From: Candidatus Omnitrophota bacterium
GTDB taxonomy: Bacteria > Omnitrophota > Gorgyraeia > Duberdicusellales > 4484-171
Direction: 5' to 3'
DNA length: 32,000 nucleotides
NCBI GenBank assembly: GCA_021735045.1
Contig: JAIPHU010000009.1
Span: 1 to 32,000 of the forward strand
Both the position numbers and the translations under genes were made by a program. This document shows, piece by piece, positions 8,565-15,586 of the stretch (positions are counted from its first letter, which is position 1; the number at the start of each line of letters is the position of its first letter). The notes beneath the pieces are model-generated. The model had not been told where the DNA came from. It searched no databases and saw nothing but the letters and a program-made list of their open reading frames with translations.

Positions 8565-9452
8565 TTATTCGGATTCCTTTATCCCTTCAATTTCTTCTCT
8601 TTCTTCTTCTCTTTCTTCTCTTTGCAATTTGCGCTCTTGCCTTTCTTTTTCCAGCAATTTTGGAAATAGTTGTTTTACAGAAATATAATCTATTTTAAAT
8701 ACTCTTGTTGTTAACTTTTGGTCTATCAAATTTACAAAATTTTCCACCTGTTCAACATAGCTAGGATAATCTATGACCACCAAAGAGTTAGTTGATTTGT
8801 TAGGAATAATTTTACCATAAGAAGAAAGTAGGTCGTAAATATCGCCTCTGCTGCCTCTTGCTGCAATCAACTGAGGTGTTTGAGAGGTTGCTTGGGTTTT
8901 TTGAGTTTTAGCTGTTTGAGTTCCACCAGAGGTAGTTTTTCCTTTAGAAGTTTTGCTATCATCTTCTTCTAAAATCGAAGAAACAGTAGCATTCTTTAAA
9001 GGAATAATCTTGGTGACCAAACTTGGTTTTACGGTGATTATTTTTCCTTTTTTTTCTAAAGCTAGCCCTTTTTGTTCGACTATAATATCCAACGCTTCTT
9101 CAAGAGATACATTTGTAAGACTGGCAGTTATCTCACCTTCTACTTTTTGATCAACAATGATATTTAAATCATAATCATGAGCAACTAATCTAAAAAAATC
9201 CTGCAAAGGAACTCGCCTTAGCTCTATCGAATATTCTGGTTCTTCTTTTTCTAGGCGTTTAATCTCCATCAAAGGAGTTTGTTCGGTGATTTCTTTCTTT
9301 TTTTTAGGTACAGCTACAGAAGAAGACTTCTGCTTTTTACTTTGAGAAGTACTTCCTCCAGGTTGAGCTTGTGCCTCTGCATTTTTTTTATCTAAACCTA
9401 TAAATGTAATAAATACAAAAACGAAAGCTAAAAATAATTTTAATAATTTCAT
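8565..9452 (-). CDS. Secretin N0/N1-domain-only periplasmic protein (separate N-terminal module of the secretin)
   Basis: Own signal peptide (MKLLKLFLAFVFVFITFIG...AEAQA). STN/N0-like VPLQDFFRLVAHDYDLNIIVDQKVEGEITASLTNVSLEEALDIIVEQKGL. N1-like STNSLVVIDYPSYVEQVENFVNLID. There is no beta-barrel core. Charged E/R tail. Confidence 0.6.
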   Translation of the reverse strand: MKLLKLFLAFVFVFITFIGLDKKNAEAQAQPGGSTSQSKKQKSSSVAVPKKKKEITEQTPLMEIKRLEKEEPEYSIELRRVPLQDFFRLVAHDYDLNIIVDQKVEGEITASLTNVSLEEALDIIVEQKGLALEKKGKIITVKPSLVTKIIPLKNATVSSILEEDDSKTSKGKTTSGGTQTAKTQKTQATSQTPQLIAARGSRGDIYDLLSSYGKIIPNKSTNSLVVIDYPSYVEQVENFVNLIDQKLTTRVFKIDYISVKQLFPKLLEKERQERKLQREEREEEREEIEGIKESE

Positions 9453-11404
9453 TTACCACCCCTTTTTAATTGGGACATAATATCACCAATAACATTTTTA
9501 AACTCATATTTATCCACTTTTTTTGATCCAACTATTGCAACAGTATCTTTTATTATTTTAGCAGTTATTTTATCATTATTTTGGTTAACCCAGATAAAAT
9601 TTTCAACATCTGTTTTCTCTTCTACTGAATATTTCCCTGCTTTAATCCATTTTTTAAACACATCATAATAAAAAGCTGCATCTTCATAACTATTCCATTT
9701 AGTTAAAAAAACAATTAGTTGTCTATCACCCTTCCTTTTATATAGAGTTATTTGATCATTTTCCCATCCTAAGGCCGCATTTTTTGCCAGATCAGTATTT
9801 AATCTGGATTGAAGCGACAAAAAGATAAAATATTCACCTAAAGAGGTAGAATAGATATTATGCCATTCGTTACTTAATTTAACACCCTTAACCTCTACTG
9901 AGCCAGCTCGTTTTTTATCAGATCTTTCTATCTTTTCTCTGAAGCTATAAAGCAAAGGATGCATAATTTCTCTAGCTGTTGTAGGAGGATTTTTATAAAG
10001 CAGACTGATATCTTCCCAGCTATTATCTTGAAGCCAATTTTGGATAAAATCTGCTCCGTACCCATAAACATTATAAAAAAGATTATTATTAATTAAAGAA
10101 CTATTTTTAATTATCTTTTGTTCTATAAAATTTGTTATATCTCCTAACTCTGTAAAACTTTCGTTTTTCTTACTTAAAAGATATTCTGCTTCCACAGCTG
10201 TTGCTTCCCCTTCAACTAAACTATTAAGAGCAAACTTGTAGTCTTTGTTATATTTAGTAGATTTCGTTAATTTATTAAGATCTAATTTTTTATCCTGGAA
10301 AGCATGGACTAACTCATGAACAAGAACTATCTCCGCTACTGCCGGATCAAGGTAATCTCCAAGATATATCACTTTATCTTCTGGCTCATAGAATCCAGCT
10401 ATTAACGCAGCATCGGAACTGTTTATAACCAAATCTTGATAGTCTATTTCCTCGGGAATAAGATTAAGCCATTTAAAGACTACCCCTTCATTTTCTATTA
10501 ATTCTTTTGTATATTGGTTTTTTATCTGTTCTATCATAACGTTGCGCATTATGGAACGATTTACAAATTTTATTTTCAAGGCTTTTATATCTTCAAGACT
10601 CCATCCCCTTAACCTAGCAACTGCCTCTTTAAGTTCATTAACCTTATCCTTTAATTCTTTCTTTTCTTTTCTTACTTGTTGAGTTATATATTGAGGAGTA
10701 TTAAAATTAAACTTTTTATCATAATCTTTATATTCTGTTCGATGTAATATTTTCTCATACCCCATTGTCCCTTCAATTTCTTGAAATACAGGTAAAAAAT
10801 TATCTCGATTTATCCAAACCTTAACTTCTAAATCTGCAATTAACATTTTTTGCTTAAACATTGCCGGATCTAACTTATAAGAAATCAGATAACAAATCTT
10901 ACCTTTTTTCTTTTTTTGCCCTAAATACTCTAGACTGTCTTCAACCCATCTATGTTGATTAATATAAAATAAACTTTCGATTAAAGAATACTCTAATCTC
11001 TCTTGATCTTTTTTATCACTAATAGATAAAGATTTATTTTCCCATCTTCTTTCTTTTGAATTCCAAACAAAGGGTACTCCTCTGATAACATACTGTTGAA
11101 CCCAAGACGAACTAGAATAATCTAGGTTCGGTAACAAAGACGAAACGCTTGCTCGTCCTGTAACTTTTAAATTATCAAAATTTTTTATTAGATTTGTGGT
11201 AGAGATCTTCCAATGAAAAGAACGTGATTGAGCCCAATAATTAACAAGTGCCTTTACCGAATCTATTTGATAGAAGGAGTTGTTCATGGTTTGAATTAAT
11301 CGTAAAGGTGAAATTTTACCCTCATAATATATATTTTGCCCATAAGATAAGGGTAAAAATAAAATTAAAAGTATAATAAATAAAATGCTTAATTTATTTC
11401 TCAT
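9449..11404 (-). CDS. Secreted HExxH zincin-like protein (putative metallopeptidase)
   Basis: Signal peptide MRNKLSILFIILLILFLPLSYG. HELVH at nt 10304-10318, followed 30 residues later by LVEGEATAVEAEY (a gluzincin-type third-ligand candidate). ATGA overlap with the next gene at 9449-9452. Confidence 0.6.
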   Translation of the reverse strand: MRNKLSILFIILLILFLPLSYGQNIYYEGKISPLRLIQTMNNSFYQIDSVKALVNYWAQSRSFHWKISTTNLIKNFDNLKVTGRASVSSLLPNLDYSSSSWVQQYVIRGVPFVWNSKERRWENKSLSISDKKDQERLEYSLIESLFYINQHRWVEDSLEYLGQKKKKGKICYLISYKLDPAMFKQKMLIADLEVKVWINRDNFLPVFQEIEGTMGYEKILHRTEYKDYDKKFNFNTPQYITQQVRKEKKELKDKVNELKEAVARLRGWSLEDIKALKIKFVNRSIMRNVMIEQIKNQYTKELIENEGVVFKWLNLIPEEIDYQDLVINSSDAALIAGFYEPEDKVIYLGDYLDPAVAEIVLVHELVHAFQDKKLDLNKLTKSTKYNKDYKFALNSLVEGEATAVEAEYLLSKKNESFTELGDITNFIEQKIIKNSSLINNNLFYNVYGYGADFIQNWLQDNSWEDISLLYKNPPTTAREIMHPLLYSFREKIERSDKKRAGSVEVKGVKLSNEWHNIYSTSLGEYFIFLSLQSRLNTDLAKNAALGWENDQITLYKRKGDRQLIVFLTKWNSYEDAAFYYDVFKKWIKAGKYSVEEKTDVENFIWVNQNNDKITAKIIKDTVAIVGSKKVDKYEFKNVIGDIMSQLKRGGK

Positions 11405-11918
11405 AATAAATATTATTTAATCTTAAAACATATTCTTTACCTAAAAAATCTTTAAGAACTATAGATTCTGGTTCTATTTTCAATATTTTGTAGTTACCTA
11501 TTATATCATTCTCTTTAACTACTCTCCCGTCAACTATAGCATAAGACTTTTTTGAAGAATAAAATATAGAAGAAAGAACAAATTCTCTATACCGTTGGAC
11601 CTCTTCTCGTTTTAATTTTTTCAACTCTTCCCGTTCTTTATAAGTAAGAAAAGGATTAAATTTTTTTCTTTTGCCGCTCTGCTTATCTCCTAATTTTTTT
11701 TCTTCTGAAAATTTATGGCTTGAATACAAAGAACTTTCAGCCGAAAATCCATCCTCTCTTTGTAATCCATCCTGATATCCTTGTTCTCCCTGATTTTGCT
11801 GATCAGCCCTTAAGTTTTGCCATTTATTTTTTATAAAAGGAAATAAAGCAATTAATAAAGCCCCCACTATTACTGCCACCCCTATAATACCGACTAACTT
11901 ATTTTCTTTCCAATTCAT
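11394..11918 (-). CDS. Membrane-anchored protein with PilP/GspC-like C-terminal beta domain
   Basis: N-terminal TM helix (LVGIIGVAVIVGALLIALFPF) and a low-complexity linker. The C-terminal YAIVDGRVVKENDIIGNYKILKIEPESIVLKD...YVLRL resembles secretin-binding HR/PilP domains. 11-nt overlap with the downstream gene. Confidence 0.45.
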   Translation of the reverse strand: MNWKENKLVGIIGVAVIVGALLIALFPFIKNKWQNLRADQQNQGEQGYQDGLQREDGFSAESSLYSSHKFSEEKKLGDKQSGKRKKFNPFLTYKEREELKKLKREEVQRYREFVLSSIFYSSKKSYAIVDGRVVKENDIIGNYKILKIEPESIVLKDFLGKEYVLRLNNIYYEK

Positions 11919-11937
11919 AACTTTTATTTACCTATAT

Positions 11938-12126
11938 CTATTCTTCCTGTCCAAGAATTTTTTTTAACTCTCTTACTCTTTTTAAACTATATCGTCTCCA
12001 GTGATTTATAGGATTTCGGCTCGATTTAGGAAAAATTCCTTTTTTTTCATAGCGCTTAATGGTTTCCTTAGAAATTCCTAACTCCTTAGATAGTTCTTGA
12101 ATTGTATAATATTTATTTTTTGCCAT
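11938..12126 (-). CDS. Small MerR/excisionase-type (HTH_17-like) DNA-binding protein
   Basis: 62 aa. YYTIQELSKELGISKETIKRYEKKGIFP... is a typical helix-turn-helix. It is the first gene after a strong promoter-like element. Confidence 0.7.
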   Translation of the reverse strand: MAKNKYYTIQELSKELGISKETIKRYEKKGIFPKSSRNPINHWRRYSLKRVRELKKILGQEE

Positions 12127-12199
12127 GTTACACCCTGCTACTATAGCTTACTATATTCTGACCCCCCTTAGGGTATCTTTCTCTATCTATTTACTAGTA

Positions 12200-12229
12200 A
12201 TTATATCTTGGATACTATAACAGCGTCAA
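12200..12229 (-). promoter_or_regulatory. Candidate sigma70-type promoter of the HTH-led secretion operon
   Basis: The minus strand reads TTGACG-18 nt-TATAAT, about 70 nt upstream of the HTH ATG. Confidence 0.5.
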
Positions 12230-12258
12230 GTTAAATTTTTGAAAAAAAATCACCTTTT

Positions 12259-12301
12259 TACAATATATAGGGGGGATAAAAATTGCATACTATATATTGT
12301 A
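12259..12301 (-). terminator. 12-bp perfect inverted repeat downstream of the 1021-aa ORF (terminator-like)
   Basis: tacaatatatag (12259-12270) pairs with ctatatattgta (12290-12301). On the minus strand a T8 run follows about 10 nt after the stem. The stem begins 18 nt after the stop codon at 12319-12321. Confidence 0.4.
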
Positions 12302-12318
12302 GATAACCAAGGAAATCA

Positions 12319-15300
12319 TTAAAATGGAAGGGTTTTATTGTTTGCTTGGCCAAAGATTTGGCCTAAATTATCGATAGTTTCGATTTTGATAATATTGAAG
12401 GTAAAACCTTGGAAAGTTTGCAGATCAAAAGGAAGTTGAAGCTGAGTTGAGTTGATACCTTGGCCTTGCACGTCTAGATTTATCTGAGCCGGAGTCAGAT
12501 CAATTCCACCTTTATTATCAATCCCACCGGGAGCCTTTTCCGGGGAAGGATTAGAACTACCCCCGGCGGATTGATTTTCATCAAATAATAATAACTGTTG
12601 TTCTATTTTATTGCTACTCTCTTCATTTTCTGGTATCTGTTCTTTAACCTTGTATGATTCCGTTTCATCGACTATTCTTTCTGCCATATCTTTTGATAAC
12701 CACATCCACGTATTATCAATAGCATCTTCTTCTGAAAGAAATTCCAAAGTAGAAGAAGCCGCAACCCTAAAACCAAGTTGTTCAAAGTATTCTCTGGGAA
12801 TATTTTTAGCTTCTCTTTCTGCTTCAGCAGGATGCACCATAATAATACCTTTACTATCCTCTGCAATAGTTTGATCATTATTACTCAATTCTATAGCTTT
12901 AGTTAAAATTACCTTACCGAAACCTTGGCTCTTACGATATTCTTGGGAAACTTCAATAAAATCTCCTATATAAAATTCTTTAGCACCTTCATTTTCATCT
13001 TTCATACTTAACCCTTTGTGAAAATAGCCCAAACCTAAAATTTCACCTGTATCTAAAGCTTCCAACATCACTAAATAACCATTAGGATAAGCGTTAATAG
13101 CTTGATTTTTCCATCGCCAACTTTTAAAAAACCTTTCTTCTCCTCTTTGCTTGGCTTGCTCAAACCATTTATTTATTGTTTCTTCCATATTGTTACGATC
13201 ATTAATAACTTCTACAGCATATTCAACTCCACTGTTTGTTTTATATATATCGTTATCTTCCTTTACCTCTGACTCTCCCCCTACCCTATTTTTAATCAAA
13301 GTTCTTCTCTCGGCTTGATTGAATTCTGCCTCATGTTTAATTAATAGTTTTCTTATATTGTTTCGTTTTTCCGAAGAAGAAACATCGATAATTAATCTCC
13401 CCTCTTTGTCTTTAGAAAATAATGGTTTAAAACTCTTAATTGAATCTTTACCAAAACCTGTAACAGCTAATTTAGTCAACTTTCCTATAAAACCAAGAGG
13501 TTTTGACTTAAATTCGTAATTGTCTAAATTAGAAAAATAAGATTCAAAAACAGGATTGGGCTTATCTACTATACTACCATTAGGCCTTTTTTTATACCGC
13601 CACAAGAGAGGGGAAGTTGCTTCAATAGAAATTATACCTTTCATTTGAGGCTCTGTTTCTATTCTATTCAATACTTCTTCTATCGCTATTAAGGAATCTT
13701 TGAATATGGCCTGATAAGGATTATTTTGCTTTTTTAACTCGTTAAGATTAGCTAAAACATGTAAAGTTATTTTTTTGCCTTCTTTGTAAGCAGTCATATA
13801 TTTAGTTGTTTTTAAAAAATTAAAAAGTTTTGTCTGCAACCAAGCATTTAAAGACCAAGCAATCCTTGCACCTAAACTCATTCCTACCAAATATCCCAGA
13901 ACACTTAAAGAAGAACTAATGTACATTCCAGAAATAAACCCTAGGCTAAATGCTCCGCCTAACGTCAAAGAAGTACCTATTAGCAATTCCGGAATTGTTT
14001 TTTTAAAGTATGTAGTTAAATCCTCTAAAAAACTCCCGCCACTACCTTCTCCTGTTCCGGAGGTGCCAGGACCGGTTCCGGAGCCAGTATCTGCGCCAGT
14101 GCCAGTGCCGCCTTCGCGCCCACCTTGAACTTCACCAGTAACACCAGTTCCAGCTAATCCTTCTGCTACCGGGTTAATCTTTACGCCTACACCTAAGGAG
14201 CTGCCTGCAACTGGCAGGCCTGTAGCTGGCATAACAGGGGTAGTTTGTAAATTTGAAGCTAAAGCAGTACCATCAAAGCCGCCGGAATAATATTGCCTGC
14301 GGATTTGGCGCCTTAAGTGAGGGTCGTAGTCGGTTTTAATAAAATCATAAACTCCCTTCTTGTAGGCTTTCACATAACGGGCATAGATTTTATCCTTTGC
14401 TTGTTTATCCTCAAGTTCTACACCTTTGATTTTATTTTTGTCCAGATAAATTTCAGATAAAATAGTTTTCTTTAACTTCTGCTTAAACCAAATCGCTAGA
14501 ATCAAAGCCGAATAAACTTGACGCAGAGAGGCAAAATTTTTACCTTCGTTAATTTCTTTGGCAATTGCCGGAAGAATTATTTCTTTAGTTACTTTAGAAG
14601 AGATGCCGCTTAACTCTTGGGTATCTTTTTTATCTAATTGATCGGTTCCAATATCTTTATTGTCTAAGTTTTTATCCAGGGCAAGATAATCTTGCTCCAG
14701 CATCACTTTCAGCTTCGCTTTGGTCACATAGCCGGTATTGCCATTTTCATAAACTTGAGCCTCAGCCGGAACGATCCAAATTTTATTAAAAGTATTAATC
14801 GGAATATTGGTAGTTCCGTATTTTTGATAAGCTTTTTTGTAAACTTTATCCCAAAACTTCTTCCCTGACGGGCTTTCCGGATAAGTAAGTGAAGAAAGGA
14901 GTTGTTTTAGAATATAGTCTTGGCCGAGTAACTCTCTGCCTAAATCAGTTTGGCCTAAACCAGAAGGGATAATCCTGTCTTTTTCGTAAGGAGATAAATT
15001 AACCCAAAGGTCATCTTCGGGCACAGTTAAAGAAGCCAGAAAATAACGAATTAATTCTTCTGATTCTTTTTTTAGTTCTTCTTTTGATAAATCACCCCTG
15101 TCACCGGTATCAACTATAAAATTAAATTCAAAAGGATTAGCCGGATTAATCCGCAGGCCGCGGACCATCGGCGGCACAAAATTGGGAGTTGGCTCAAGCA
15201 ATTGGTCAGGAGCAGGTAAGGTGGATGCATAACTTTTCGGTTGATTTCTGCTTACAAAAGGAATCAGGGCGGATAATAAAAAAGCGCTGATTAGAAAAAT

Positions 15301-15384
15301 TATCAGGCACTTAAAAGAAAGGTGGGCTTTCTTTTTGGTTAAAAATAAAATAAAATTCGATTGATTTTCGTTCCTTCCCCGCAT
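12319..15384 (-). CDS. Large multi-domain membrane protein with C-terminal GNAT acetyltransferase-like domain
   Basis: Domain order: N-terminal anchor, a domain of about 320 aa (LPAPDQLLEPTPNFVPPMVRGLRINPANPFEFNFIVDTGD...), a Gly/Thr/Ser linker, two hydrophobic helices, a region of unknown function, and a GNAT motif A (QEYRKSQGFGKVILTKAIE at nt 12892-12945). A distinct C-terminal module follows (GGIDLTPAQINLDVQGQG...). AAGGGA SD. Confidence 0.8.
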   Translation of the reverse strand: MRGRNENQSNFILFLTKKKAHLSFKCLIIFLISAFLLSALIPFVSRNQPKSYASTLPAPDQLLEPTPNFVPPMVRGLRINPANPFEFNFIVDTGDRGDLSKEELKKESEELIRYFLASLTVPEDDLWVNLSPYEKDRIIPSGLGQTDLGRELLGQDYILKQLLSSLTYPESPSGKKFWDKVYKKAYQKYGTTNIPINTFNKIWIVPAEAQVYENGNTGYVTKAKLKVMLEQDYLALDKNLDNKDIGTDQLDKKDTQELSGISSKVTKEIILPAIAKEINEGKNFASLRQVYSALILAIWFKQKLKKTILSEIYLDKNKIKGVELEDKQAKDKIYARYVKAYKKGVYDFIKTDYDPHLRRQIRRQYYSGGFDGTALASNLQTTPVMPATGLPVAGSSLGVGVKINPVAEGLAGTGVTGEVQGGREGGTGTGADTGSGTGPGTSGTGEGSGGSFLEDLTTYFKKTIPELLIGTSLTLGGAFSLGFISGMYISSSLSVLGYLVGMSLGARIAWSLNAWLQTKLFNFLKTTKYMTAYKEGKKITLHVLANLNELKKQNNPYQAIFKDSLIAIEEVLNRIETEPQMKGIISIEATSPLLWRYKKRPNGSIVDKPNPVFESYFSNLDNYEFKSKPLGFIGKLTKLAVTGFGKDSIKSFKPLFSKDKEGRLIIDVSSSEKRNNIRKLLIKHEAEFNQAERRTLIKNRVGGESEVKEDNDIYKTNSGVEYAVEVINDRNNMEETINKWFEQAKQRGEERFFKSWRWKNQAINAYPNGYLVMLEALDTGEILGLGYFHKGLSMKDENEGAKEFYIGDFIEVSQEYRKSQGFGKVILTKAIELSNNDQTIAEDSKGIIMVHPAEAEREAKNIPREYFEQLGFRVAASSTLEFLSEEDAIDNTWMWLSKDMAERIVDETESYKVKEQIPENEESSNKIEQQLLLFDENQSAGGSSNPSPEKAPGGIDNKGGIDLTPAQINLDVQGQGINSTQLQLPFDLQTFQGFTFNIIKIETIDNLGQIFGQANNKTLPF

Positions 15385-15547
15385 ATCATCCCTTTATAAG
15401 GTATATATAATAAACAACTAGGGAAAATATAACATATTTAGGGGTTGTAAATCTGCTAATTTAGCAGCTTTTGGTGGAATTTTGAAAACGCTTCCAAGCA
15501 TTCAAGAAACGAAACTCTTTCGCACTAGTATAATTTTTTTATGTATA

Positions 15548-15568
15548 TGGAGAGGTCTAACCTCTCCA
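15548..15568 (-). terminator. 9-bp stem-loop downstream of ruvB (terminator-like, no U-tract)
   Basis: tggagaggt-cta-acctctcca, 18 nt after the ruvB stop. Confidence 0.35.
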
Positions 15569-15586
15569 ATCTTCAAATTGGGATTG

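Noticed and set aside
14029-14232. The Gly/Thr/Ser-rich, GC-rich segment as a collagen-like or PE-PGRS-like repeat, or as a foreign insertion.
   Set aside because: There is no regular nucleotide repeat unit. It reads as an in-frame low-complexity linker (GTG/SGT dipeptide-rich) between domains of the same ORF.
11938-15384. The GNAT protein plus the small HTH protein as a GNAT-type toxin-antitoxin pair, or the excisionase-like HTH as a marker of a mobile element.
   Set aside because: The GNAT domain is embedded in a 1021-aa membrane protein with its own terminator, and the HTH gene is downstream behind a separate promoter. This is not the compact antitoxin-toxin bicistron. No integrase, transposase or flanking att-like repeats are visible.
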